Shown piece after piece: positions 8,737-17,707 of a DNA stretch of 32,000 nucleotides (the stretch's first letter is position 1; each line of letters begins with the position of its first letter). Source of the stretch: Nitrosococcus oceani ATCC 19707 (GTDB lineage Bacteria > Pseudomonadota > Gammaproteobacteria > Nitrosococcales > Nitrosococcaceae); contig NC_007484.1 of the NCBI RefSeq assembly GCF_000012805.1, positions 2,460,001-2,492,000 of the forward strand, in the 5' to 3' direction. The notes below the pieces were generated by a model. The model worked only from the letters and a program-made list of their open reading frames with translations. It was not told the origin of the DNA and made no database searches. The position numbers were made by a program, and so were the translations under genes.

Positions 8737-11655
8737 TTATCTGGTTTCACTCAGTATTTCCGCATAGCGCTGCTGAGCCTGCCGATTAGCCCGTCTGCGA
8801 AACAGCCAAACCAGTAGCAGCCCCAACAGGGCGAGACCATAGTTAAGGTACTCCCAGAATACTTGAGCCTCCCGCTCCAGGGGATAAAGCGTACGCGAGA
8901 ATTGGGCTCGGCCACGAATAGCGAGCAAACCCCGATCTTCCAAGGACCAATCAATGGCGTTCTCCGTCAGTTCGACGGGTTTGAGATAACGAGTACCCAA
9001 CCCAGCGGCAGCCAAGTCCAGCATTTCGTCGCTTAGGAAACTGTTGGAACCAAATAGAATAATGCGGGCCGACTCAGGCGAACGTTCAATCACCCGCGTA
9101 ATCACCGGCTCCGGCTTCTCTTCGCTCTGGGCCTCATCCTTTTGAGTATCCGCCGCCGACTCCTCCTTCGCTGCATCCGGCTCTTCTTCCGCAGCCATCA
9201 AAGGCGAAGGCTTATTCTTGAAAAAGGAATCAAAACGGCCTTCCACCGCTACCCCCAACAACTGCCTGCCCGGGTTCTCACCAACGGGAAAGCCCAGCTG
9301 GCCGTGGGCACGGAAATCAGGCTGGATATTAAGGCTATCGGAGATCCAGGATTGCTCTGAACTCTCCAGCAGGGGAGTAACCTCACGTTTCTCATTTTTC
9401 TGCGCATCTATGGTAATGGGAGAAGCCCAGGTTAGCGTGACCTGGTTGAGACCAGCAGTGATGCCATTATCCTGAGGCATACCGTCGCTGCGGATATCCA
9501 CAAAGTAGGGATAATCCACCAACTGTGTCTCCTGCACCACAAAGCCTCCAATGTTGCGCTCTACTGGAATGGGGAAGGCCGCATTTTGTGGGTCGAGCAC
9601 CATTTGTTCTTCAAACACCAAGCCCTGATAGGCTAACCAGTCTTTCAGCCCTGAGCTGTGAGGCTTGGCGGCCAATGCCTGCTGGGTATCGACTTTAAAG
9701 GGCGCCATAGCCATTATCACGGTACCGCCGCGCATCAAAAATTGGTCCACGGCAAACAATTGTTTCTCATCCAGCGTCTCCGGAGCCGCTAGCAGTAACA
9801 AATCAGCATCCAAGGGCGCCTGTCCATCCTTAAGATCGGCCGTGATGACATTGTGTTCTTCCGCTAAAGTGTCTCGCAACAAACTGAAGCGCTTACCGCC
9901 TCCGCCCATCATGCCAAACTGAGGCAGAGAGGGCGTTGCGGGCGGTGTATGCAAGGCCACCGTCTTCAGAAAACCTTGGGAGAAACGTTTGAGCGCAGCA
10001 TTGAGACTGCGTTCAAGCCCTGCCTTTTTAAATTCTTCTGGCAGGGGTACCTGGATGATGCGCTCCCCTCCTTCAAGGGTCATATAAAACCAAAAGGTAT
10101 TGCTATCAAGCAAACTGGCAGCCATGGGACGAAAGCCAAATTCACTCTCAATTTGCTGGGCAAGAGCGCCCCCCTCAGCATCCGGATCGCGGATATCAAC
10201 GGTTAACTTGCCTCCTGACTCCCGTTGCAATTCATCCAGTACTGTATCCAAGTCCTGACGGAGCGTCTGGAGCACTTCCGGCAGTTTTTCATTCCCTGAG
10301 ATATACCCCTTGAAGCGCACTGGATAGGGAATATTTCCGAATAAATTGCCAGCGCTTTGGTAAGCATAGAGCACCTTTTTGATAGCTTGAGTCAGGTCGT
10401 ACTCGGGATTACCTAAATCCACGCTGAGATCATTCTGGCTTTGTGCCTTGACCTCGATAAGATCCTGAAAATCTAATACCTGATGCTGATCGCCGTACTG
10501 AATCAGGATATCGAAGTAAGAGTTGACCACCGAGGATTGATATTTACTTGCAAACTGGAAGGGTACCGGCTTAATACCGTACTTTTCGTTGGCCTCCCGT
10601 TCCAGTTCCGGATGCTCCCGGGGATCTATAAACTCCACCCGCAACCGGCCTTCGCCAGCCACCGCATACTCTTCCAGCAAATCGCGCAGGCGCGGCACCA
10701 GGGGTGCCAACAAGGGATGGGTTTGGGCGCTAAAATAGCCACGAATCAGCATGGGTTCTCGCAGCTGCGTCAGGTAACCCCGAGTTGCTTCGGAGATGGA
10801 ATAGACGTTGCCTTCGGTCACATCCGCCCGGACCCCGCCCAAAGGCGCAAGCCACAGGTTAGCGGCCAGAAAATTGGCCGCGAACAGCCCGGTTATCAGG
10901 CCCCAGCGCCGATGGGTGGCGTTAGTAGGGTTGCCTGCCCACCGCAACCACTCCAAGGCAAAAACATTGAGGGTGAGAAATACCCCGACTAGGCTCAAAT
11001 AATAGTAAAGATCGCGCAGATCGATAACGCCCCGGGTAATAGAGTCAAAGCGTGAACCGGAACCCAACAATTGCAGAAACTCCGAGACCCGATTGCCGAA
11101 CAACCCCGTTAAAGCCTCGGAACCTAGCAAATAAAAAACGCCGCAGACCACCGTGGTCAAGATCAAGCTCACGATCTGATTCGGCGAGCGGGCGCTCACG
11201 AATAATCCGATGGCCCCATAGGCCGCCGCCAGAAACAGGGTAGCCACATAGCCCCCCAATACCGGCCCCCAATCCAGGGGACCAAGAAAGCTTACGGTCA
11301 AGGGCAACGGCAAGGTGAGCAGCAATGCCACCGCCACCAGTCCTAAGCAGGCGAGAAACTTACCGAGTACGAACTGATAACTCTTCACCGGTGTGGCCAG
11401 CAAAAATTCCAGCGTACCCGTACGCCGCTCCTCCGACCACATCCGCATTGTGATGGCGGCTACCAGGAAAATCAGCAATAATGGCATCCATTCAAAAAGG
11501 GGCCGCACATCGGCAATATTGCGGGCAAAGAAAGTTTCCACCCAGAAAAAAACAAACAGGATTACTGCCAGAAAAGCACCGAGAAAAATAAAGGCGGTAG
11601 GCGAGGAGAAAAAGCCGGCGAATTCCTTACGGGCGATTCTCAATATACTTCCCAT
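8737..11655 (-). CDS. Fused ABC-2 type permease (GldF-like, N-terminal ~260 aa) + GldG-like 'ABC-type uncharacterized transport system' auxiliary domain with a C-terminal TM anchor
   Basis: 972 aa. The N-terminus (ILRIARKEFAGFFSSPTAFIFLGAFL...MRMWSEERRTGTLEFLLATP) is typical of an ABC-2 permease. A large soluble region follows, with an acidic low-complexity insert (EEEPDAAKEESAADTQKDEAQSEEKPEP). The final TM segment is LALLGLLLVWLF. GGGAGG SD; the start lies 5 nt after the ATPase stop. Confidence 0.8.
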   Translation of the reverse strand: MGSILRIARKEFAGFFSSPTAFIFLGAFLAVILFVFFWVETFFARNIADVRPLFEWMPLLLIFLVAAITMRMWSEERRTGTLEFLLATPVKSYQFVLGKFLACLGLVAVALLLTLPLPLTVSFLGPLDWGPVLGGYVATLFLAAAYGAIGLFVSARSPNQIVSLILTTVVCGVFYLLGSEALTGLFGNRVSEFLQLLGSGSRFDSITRGVIDLRDLYYYLSLVGVFLTLNVFALEWLRWAGNPTNATHRRWGLITGLFAANFLAANLWLAPLGGVRADVTEGNVYSISEATRGYLTQLREPMLIRGYFSAQTHPLLAPLVPRLRDLLEEYAVAGEGRLRVEFIDPREHPELEREANEKYGIKPVPFQFASKYQSSVVNSYFDILIQYGDQHQVLDFQDLIEVKAQSQNDLSVDLGNPEYDLTQAIKKVLYAYQSAGNLFGNIPYPVRFKGYISGNEKLPEVLQTLRQDLDTVLDELQRESGGKLTVDIRDPDAEGGALAQQIESEFGFRPMAASLLDSNTFWFYMTLEGGERIIQVPLPEEFKKAGLERSLNAALKRFSQGFLKTVALHTPPATPSLPQFGMMGGGGKRFSLLRDTLAEEHNVITADLKDGQAPLDADLLLLAAPETLDEKQLFAVDQFLMRGGTVIMAMAPFKVDTQQALAAKPHSSGLKDWLAYQGLVFEEQMVLDPQNAAFPIPVERNIGGFVVQETQLVDYPYFVDIRSDGMPQDNGITAGLNQVTLTWASPITIDAQKNEKREVTPLLESSEQSWISDSLNIQPDFRAHGQLGFPVGENPGRQLLGVAVEGRFDSFFKNKPSPLMAAEEEPDAAKEESAADTQKDEAQSEEKPEPVITRVIERSPESARIILFGSNSFLSDEMLDLAAAGLGTRYLKPVELTENAIDWSLEDRGLLAIRGRAQFSRTLYPLEREAQVFWEYLNYGLALLGLLLVWLFRRRANRQAQQRYAEILSETR

Positions 11656-11660
11656 CCTAG

Positions 11661-12596
11661 TTACCTCCCATCCTGAGCTGAAATTTCACCAAAGAGGGTT
11701 TCCAAATTCCGGCTCTCGGGTTGCAAAGCGTAGAGCTTCCAGCCTGCAGTCGCGATCTGGCTAGCCACCCGGGGCGCGGTAACAGCCAGCTCGTCCTGGC
11801 CAACCAGATCCAGCGCGTAGCGATGGCCCGGCCCTCCTTCCTCCATCCGCTCCACCGATTGAATGCCCTTCACTGATTTGAGCACACCAAGAGCTCGCTC
11901 CGGTCCGGCGTCAACGGCTACCAATAACCGTCTACCCGCCTGCAGTTCATCCATGGTAGCATCCAGTGCCTTACGGCCATTACGGATAATAATGACCCGA
12001 TCACAGATGGCCTGAACTTCCTGAAGGATGTGGGTAGAAAGAATAACCGTGGCCCGTTTCGCCAGGGTACGGATCAACGCCCGCATATGCTGCACCTGGG
12101 TAGGGTCCAAACCGTTCGTAGGCTCGTCAAGAATAAGCAGGCGGGGAGTATGCAAAATCGCTTGCGCCACCCCAACCCGCTGGCGATAACCTCTGGAAAG
12201 GGTGCCGATAGTATCCGCCGCCTTAAGGGATAGCTCGGTACTAGCGATGGCTTCCCTGATCTTCTTGTCCCGCTCTCCCGTTGGAACCCCATGCAGGGAA
12301 GCCGAATAATCCAAATAGTCGATGACCGTCATTTCGGGATAAAGTGGATCGTTCTCTGGCAGATAGCCAATGCGGCTTTGAACGGCTTCCCGGCAGGTAG
12401 CAATATCCAAACCATCTATTTCAATGGAACCGCTGGTGGGCTCCAAATAGCCGGTCAGCATTTTCATGATGGTGGTTTTACCCGCCCCATTGTGGCCCAG
12501 CAAGCCGACGATTTCCCCTTGGCCAATTTGGAAGGACACTTGATCGACCGCGACCAAGTCGCCATAAGTTCTCGTCACCGATTCTACTCGGATCAT
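11661..12596 (-). CDS. ABC transporter ATP-binding protein (GldA/CcmA-like)
   Basis: Walker A GHNGAGKTT, signature LSRGYRQRV and Walker B LLILDEPT. I place the start at the ATG at 12596 (MIRVESVTRTYGD...), which has a GGAG SD just upstream. The ORF-track N-terminal extension to 12716 has no family support. Confidence 0.9.
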   Translation of the reverse strand: MIRVESVTRTYGDLVAVDQVSFQIGQGEIVGLLGHNGAGKTTIMKMLTGYLEPTSGSIEIDGLDIATCREAVQSRIGYLPENDPLYPEMTVIDYLDYSASLHGVPTGERDKKIREAIASTELSLKAADTIGTLSRGYRQRVGVAQAILHTPRLLILDEPTNGLDPTQVQHMRALIRTLAKRATVILSTHILQEVQAICDRVIIIRNGRKALDATMDELQAGRRLLVAVDAGPERALGVLKSVKGIQSVERMEEGGPGHRYALDLVGQDELAVTAPRVASQIATAGWKLYALQPESRNLETLFGEISAQDGR

Positions 12597-12921
12597 CAAA
12601 GCGCTCCTCTTTGTATTACTTAAGACATTAATTCTTAGAAGATTAAACTGATGGTCTGGCTTTCTCAACGGAATAGCCTGAAAGGACTCGGCCCCCGCGG
12701 CCAGAATACGCCCCATTGGCGGCTATTTCTCATCCATCCCAGGGCCTGGCTCTGCCAGCCGACGGGTTTGACATTCTCCACTGCGTCAAAGTTTCTAGGG
12801 CAGATCAAATTTAAACGATAGATTGTTAAGCGCTCGATTTATCAATCAGACTTGCTTCTAGCTTCCCAGGAAAGAGGTAGGTAGTATGATTTTCCCTGCC
12901 TTATCTTGGACTTGGAAGCAC

Positions 12922-12955
12922 GTAGGGTGGGATGCGCTCCGCTTCCCCGCCCTAC
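12922..12955. repeat. REP-like imperfect palindrome (GTAGGGTGGGATGCG-CTC-CGCTTCCCCGCCCTAC)
   Basis: The outer 9-bp stem GTAGGGTGG / CCGCCCTAC has one G-U pair. An inner stem GGATGCG / CGCTTCC has one mismatch and one bulge. It lies in the 620-bp intergenic region and resembles the GTAGG...CCTAC extragenic palindromes seen in many gammaproteobacteria. Confidence 0.4.
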
Positions 12956-13083
12956 CCTGACTCTTAAGCGCCTAAGTAGATTGATTAATGAGTCATCGCC
13001 AAGGTAGACTAGTAAAGAAGTACACGAAATATATTTTTAGAAAATGGCTCATCAAAAAGTAGCCGCCCACTTAAGGAGAAATA

Positions 13084-13152
13084 ATGCATTATCTAGGGAT
13101 TATTTTATTATTCATTGTGGCCTTTCGGACACCTTCTTACTTATGGGGATGA
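13084..13152 (+). CDS. Candidate 22-aa hydrophobic small protein (MHYLGIILLFIVAFRTPSYLWG)
   Basis: The ATG is preceded by a strong AAGGAG SD at 5-nt spacing. The product has a single TM-like core. It is too short for any family assignment and could be fortuitous. Confidence 0.3.
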   Translation: MHYLGIILLFIVAFRTPSYLWG

Positions 13153-13216
13153 ATCCGCCATACATTTAGAAACGGTCAGGAATTTCAGTTGCGGTTCGTT
13201 CTAGGAGGGAGTAAGC

Positions 13217-14962
13217 ATGGCAAAATCAAGCATAAAGTTATATAAGTCTTTTTTACTGGGCGCTGCCGCCCTTCTCCTGGGAACGGCATCGGCCCAAGGG
13301 GCCCAATGGCGTCCCCTGTGCCCGGAAGAGGTCTCCTGCGTCAATCCTCAAATTTTTATTAATTCTAATTCCTTAGGCCGGTCGGAGTTGCTGGCCCCCG
13401 CCTTGGCCCCCCTGGTGAGAACGGATAGCGCGTGGTTGCAGTATTCCGATCAATTCGAGCCTGATCCCCTGCAACTGCGTCCACGAGGGGTCTTTCGACT
13501 TCATCCCCCCCAAACGGCCCTGGAGATCCTGCTGCCCCTTAAGGATTCTCCCCCGGCAACCCCCGACCCCGATCTGGGCTCCTCGGACCTGGAGGAGGTC
13601 TTTGATCCACCTAATATTCAGCCCACTTACCTGAATGTGTCCGATTTTAACGCCATGGAGGCCGAGGATGGCAGTACCCTGGTTTTTGGCCTGTATGGGA
13701 TGCTGCGGTTATCCCCCGAGGGTGGGCTCATCGACGCCCTTAATTGGTCCGGCCGCAGCGTGCTGGGTCTGAACAATGCCGCCTTCACCGGCCCGCCGAT
13801 TAGAGTGCAGGATTCCCTTTTTGTAGGGATTCGGGGTCCCGCCCAGCAGTTTATTTATCACAGTGAGGATGATGGCCTGACCTGGCAGGAGGAGGTGGCG
13901 AGTAATCGTCTTGGGGACGATCGCTATAACCTGCTGGCCAATCCGGAAGGCACCGGCTTGTGGGCGATTATCTCCGAGTTTTTTGACCGCCCGGCGGAAC
14001 TGCGGGAATCCCTGGATTTAGGCGCCACCTGGAACCGAGTAGACAATGGCAGTTTCCCAGCCCATACAGTGCGGGTGGTCCATGATCCGGGCGATCCCCA
14101 GGTGGCCTACGCCCTCTCGGCGCAAGGCTTATACCGGAGCCAGGATCGGGGGGTATCCTGGCACTTGACCGCCTTACAGGAGCCGGTCCATGGGCTGGTT
14201 TTTGTACCCCAAAAGGCGCCTTTGCCACCGCTGCTGGTGGCGGGCACCGACACAGGCGTTAAAATCAGTCCAGAGCCGTTCGGTACTTGGGAAGCCTTGA
14301 GCAATGGTCTGCTGGCTATTCCCCATACGGTGGTCTATACGGACGGCCTGCTGATAGGCGTCAGCGCTGCCGGCTATTTTGTTTGCCCCCAGGCCGATTG
14401 CTTTGGGGAGAGTCAAGCCGTGCCAGCCGAAGAGGCGCGGGGCGAAGTGACCGTGACGGAATTTTTCAATGTCGATTTAGGCCATTATTTCATGACGGCC
14501 TCCCCAGAGGACGTTGCTATCATTGAGGCCGGCGGAGCAGGGCCCGGCTGGGAACGTACCGGTCATACCTTTAAAGCCTGGAGTAATTTAGGCAGTGACG
14601 TGGGGGTGTATCTCTGCCGTTTCTATGGCTCCGTCTCCCCCGGCCCCAACAGCCATTTCTTTACCGCCTCTCCCCAGGAGTGTGGTTTTTTGCTGGACCT
14701 GCAAGCCCAAACGCCCCCCACCGTGCCCCGCTGGAACTTCGAGGGCGATGCCTTTATGGCCATCCCCGCCCAGGGCAAGGGGGACGCGCAGCATTGTCCG
14801 GAGGCATTCGTTCCCGTCTACCGGGCCTATAACAATGGCTTTGCCCGAGGAGAGGAGAGTAACCACCGCTTTGTGACCGACCGGACCTTGCTCACGCCCT
14901 TATTAGACCAAGGCTGGGTAGATGAAGGCATTGCGTTCTGCGTGCCACCCCAATCCCAATAA
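13217..14962 (+). CDS. Secreted BNR/Asp-box beta-propeller protein with a C-terminal HYF/NHRF-motif domain
   Basis: 581 aa with an AGGAGGG SD and a signal peptide (LLGAAALLLGTASAQGA). Asp-box repeats are SEDDGLTWQ, SLDLGATWN and SQDRGVSWH. The C-terminal ~170 aa (EFFNVDLGHYFMTASPEDVAIIEAGGAGPGWERTG...CRFYG...NSHFFT...VYRAYN...NHRFVT...GWVDEGIAFCV) resemble a domain recurring at the C-termini of secreted beta/gammaproteobacterial proteins. Confidence 0.7.
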   Translation: MAKSSIKLYKSFLLGAAALLLGTASAQGAQWRPLCPEEVSCVNPQIFINSNSLGRSELLAPALAPLVRTDSAWLQYSDQFEPDPLQLRPRGVFRLHPPQTALEILLPLKDSPPATPDPDLGSSDLEEVFDPPNIQPTYLNVSDFNAMEAEDGSTLVFGLYGMLRLSPEGGLIDALNWSGRSVLGLNNAAFTGPPIRVQDSLFVGIRGPAQQFIYHSEDDGLTWQEEVASNRLGDDRYNLLANPEGTGLWAIISEFFDRPAELRESLDLGATWNRVDNGSFPAHTVRVVHDPGDPQVAYALSAQGLYRSQDRGVSWHLTALQEPVHGLVFVPQKAPLPPLLVAGTDTGVKISPEPFGTWEALSNGLLAIPHTVVYTDGLLIGVSAAGYFVCPQADCFGESQAVPAEEARGEVTVTEFFNVDLGHYFMTASPEDVAIIEAGGAGPGWERTGHTFKAWSNLGSDVGVYLCRFYGSVSPGPNSHFFTASPQECGFLLDLQAQTPPTVPRWNFEGDAFMAIPAQGKGDAQHCPEAFVPVYRAYNNGFARGEESNHRFVTDRTLLTPLLDQGWVDEGIAFCVPPQSQ

Positions 14963-15468
14963 AAGCCAACAGGAGGTATTCTATCCTTGGGAACAGGGAC
15001 GCTCCCGCCCTTTATCCTGGCCACTCTGATAAGGGCTAGATAATACGGTTTCCTTTCAAATGTACCTGTGAACTTTTTCTTTAGTTTTCCCAGTCTAATT
15101 TTTGAAAACCTGCTAGCACCAATCAAGGTAGATGCCAATTCGTAGTTAGTGTGTTAATTGGGCGTTTAGATCTTGGATCACTTCCAATAACCGCTCTTTT
15201 ATCCGAATTGATGTCTTCTCGCTAATGCCCGCGGGTCCTCTAAGCAATGCCCCTTTTTCCTGATAGCCGATAAAAGATATTCCAGTGCTAAAATCTTCAA
15301 CCCATTACTCGGCGGTATCAGTTTTCAAGGATACTGAAGTAATGCCTTTAATTTTGCTAAAGCCTGCAAAGCTAAACGCAAAAAACTCATAATAAACTAC
15401 TAGAGCTATCTAACATTGCGGAATATTGATAACCCAGCGCATCAAGGCTAAAAATTCCAGGAAGCAAA

Positions 15469-17625
15469 ATGAAAATAAGGAACAATAGATGTGAAAAGAA
15501 AGCATCTGGAGAGAAGGCGAATAAGCATTCATCACAAAGAGACATCTCCGCACCCGCCCCCATTGAAATTGGGCCTACCGTCGGGGGCGACCCTTTTGCT
15601 TATATTCTGGCGCGCCGTCTCAAGCGGCGCACCCTGCTAAAAGGTGCAGGGTTGGTAGCAGCCTCCCCCGTGCTAGCCTGGGCCTCTTCCCTCTTGGCCT
15701 TAGAACAAGTTCCAGCAGATTCTGAGTCAGGGTTACAGTTTAAAGCGGTTACCGGCAGCGGCGCTGATCGAGTGATCGTGCCCAAGGGCTACCAGGCCCA
15801 GGTGCTCCTTTCCTGGGGAAAAGCCCTATTCCCGGAAGTGCCGGATCTAGACCTCCAACATTTGGAAACGCTGTTAACTCCCCATGGGGCAGCGCTTCAG
15901 GGGAAGCAGTTTGGCTATAATTGCGATTTCAATAGTTTTTTTCCCCTATTTCAGCGGCACTCTTCCCAGCGGGGATTATTGGCAACCAACCATGAATTCA
16001 CCTCCGAAGCCCTTATTTTCTCCGATTGGCCGGGCTATGACGATCCCAAGCGAGCCGATTTTGTGCGCAAATTTCCGGCGATGGTCGCCGCCATGAAAGC
16101 CGCCCACGGGGTATCGATTGCCGAAGTAATTAAGCGTAATAGCCAATGGCATTTCACGCAGGATTCTCCCTTTAACCGCCGGATTACGGGGGAGACTCCC
16201 ATGGAACTGACCGGTCCCGCCGCCGGGCATGATTTACTGCAAACTGCCGCCGACCCTTCCGGTAAAACAGTTTTAGGCACTTTGAATAATTGCGCTGGGG
16301 GCAAAACCCCATGGGGAACTTTGCTGACCTGCGAAGAAAATTTTGATCAATACTTCGGCAATCTGGAGGGCTTGGAAAGTCTAGCGGCGGAAGAAAGTCC
16401 AAACCAGGCAAAATTAAAGAAATACGCGACGCTTCATGGGCGTTTGTCCCCGCCAAGAGAACTGAGCCCCCGGGGTTGGGAATTGGTGGATAAGCGCTTT
16501 GACGTGGCTGAAAATCCCACCGAGGCATTCCGTTTTGGCTGGGTAGTTGAAATTGATCCTTACCGCCCCGAATTTACTCCCAAGAAAAGAACCGCTCTGG
16601 GCCGATTTAAGCACGAAGGGGCTAATGTGGTGGTAGGACCAGAGGGCCGGGTTGCTGTTTACTCCGGCGATGATACGAAATTTGAATATATCTATAAATT
16701 CGTGAGCACCGAGGCTTATGATCCCAAGGATCGCGCCCATAATTTAACTCTCCTGGATAAGGGAACGCTCTATGTCGCCCGCTTTAAGGAGAATGGCTCA
16801 GGGGAATGGCTGCCCTTGGTGTTTGGACATGAACCCCTCGACAAAGACCATGGCTTTGCCAGTCAAGCGGAAGTTTTGATTAACACGCGGCGGGCAGCCG
16901 ATCTCCTCGGGGCGACTCCCATGGACCGGCCTGAAGATATTGAAGCTAATCCGGTAAATGGCAAAATTTACGCGGCGCTGACCAATAATACTTTGCGCGG
17001 TCTGGAGCTGGAAACGCTCAATGGCCGCCAGATAGTGGGGTCAGTGGATGGCGCAAATCCCCGCGGGCCCAATAAAATGGGTCATATCCTTGAAATGACC
17101 GAGGATTCCGATGATCCCGCTGCCCTTACTTTTAGTTGGGAGGTTTTCATTCTTTGCGGCAATCCATCTGATCCGGCGGCTAAGTTCTTGACTTCCCTGA
17201 CTGATTCCGTGGTAGGTCCCCAGGATACCTATTTTGGGGGGTATACCTCTGCTGCCCGGATTAGTCCCCTCGCCTCTCCTGATAACTTGGCCTTTGACCA
17301 GATAGGAAATCTTTGGATTGCCACGGATGGCAAAACCCATGGGTTAAACTTGACAGAGCCTATTAATAACGGCCTTTATGCTGCGCCAACCGCAGGTAAG
17401 GAGCGAGGGCGGGTGCGCCAGTTTCTGAGCGGCCCCAAGGGGTGCGAAGTATGCGGACCAGAATTTACGCCGGATAACCAGGCACTTTTTGTCAGCATTC
17501 AGCACCCGGGAGAGGGCGGCACCCTGAGGCAGCCGCTTAGCGACTGGCCGGGGGGCCACGGCCGGCCGCCGCAGCCCAGCGTTATCGTAGTGACTAAGAC
17601 TGATGGGGGCAAGGTTGGAGACTAA
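15469..17625 (+). CDS. phoX: PhoX-family (DUF839) alkaline phosphatase, Tat-exported
   Basis: 718 aa with an AGGAAG SD. The twin-arginine signal is LKRRTLLKGAGLVAASPVLAWA. Conserved PhoX-like blocks are NCAGGKTPWGTLLTCEEN, GWVVEIDP, RFKHEGA, DRPEDIE and PDNLAFD. Confidence 0.85.
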   Translation: MKIRNNRCEKKASGEKANKHSSQRDISAPAPIEIGPTVGGDPFAYILARRLKRRTLLKGAGLVAASPVLAWASSLLALEQVPADSESGLQFKAVTGSGADRVIVPKGYQAQVLLSWGKALFPEVPDLDLQHLETLLTPHGAALQGKQFGYNCDFNSFFPLFQRHSSQRGLLATNHEFTSEALIFSDWPGYDDPKRADFVRKFPAMVAAMKAAHGVSIAEVIKRNSQWHFTQDSPFNRRITGETPMELTGPAAGHDLLQTAADPSGKTVLGTLNNCAGGKTPWGTLLTCEENFDQYFGNLEGLESLAAEESPNQAKLKKYATLHGRLSPPRELSPRGWELVDKRFDVAENPTEAFRFGWVVEIDPYRPEFTPKKRTALGRFKHEGANVVVGPEGRVAVYSGDDTKFEYIYKFVSTEAYDPKDRAHNLTLLDKGTLYVARFKENGSGEWLPLVFGHEPLDKDHGFASQAEVLINTRRAADLLGATPMDRPEDIEANPVNGKIYAALTNNTLRGLELETLNGRQIVGSVDGANPRGPNKMGHILEMTEDSDDPAALTFSWEVFILCGNPSDPAAKFLTSLTDSVVGPQDTYFGGYTSAARISPLASPDNLAFDQIGNLWIATDGKTHGLNLTEPINNGLYAAPTAGKERGRVRQFLSGPKGCEVCGPEFTPDNQALFVSIQHPGEGGTLRQPLSDWPGGHGRPPQPSVIVVTKTDGGKVGD

Positions 17626-17707
17626 CAACCATCTTGAAAAAAAACTCCTAAATAAATGAAAGAACTATTCTCCAAAACGAGCATAGCTAAAGTTAGGTGC
17701 GCGACGG

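Noticed and set aside
10483-10992. 169-aa + strand ORF, plus several 60-90-aa ORFs, inside the GldF-GldG fusion gene (8751..11764 region).
   Set aside because: They are antisense or alternative-frame shadows of a well-supported 972-aa gene. They have no SD and no recognisable domains.
12597-12716. 40-codon N-terminal extension of the ABC ATPase ORF.
   Set aside because: The ATG at 12596 has a GGAG SD and yields the canonical ABC N-terminus (MIRVESVTRTYGD). The extension has no counterpart in the family.
13179-13192. GG-N10-GC with a perfect TTGC (-12) resembling a sigma-54 promoter upstream of the BNR-propeller gene.
   Set aside because: The -24 half is poor (AGGAAT versus TGGCAC). The predicted transcript would begin essentially at the SD. 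No enhancer-binding-protein gene is nearby.
15266-15273. Perfect sigma-28 -10 element GCCGATAA on the + strand, ~200 nt upstream of phoX.
   Set aside because: There is no TAAA at the required 15-nt spacing; the nearest TAAG is 21 nt away. The downstream gene is not flagellar. About one chance occurrence of an 8-mer is expected in 64 kb of two-strand sequence.
15139-15468. Search for a Pho box (CTGTCAT-N4-CTGTCAT) upstream of phoX.
   Set aside because: I found only a very weak resemblance (ACTCATAATAAACTACTA around 15386-15403) and no convincing direct repeat.
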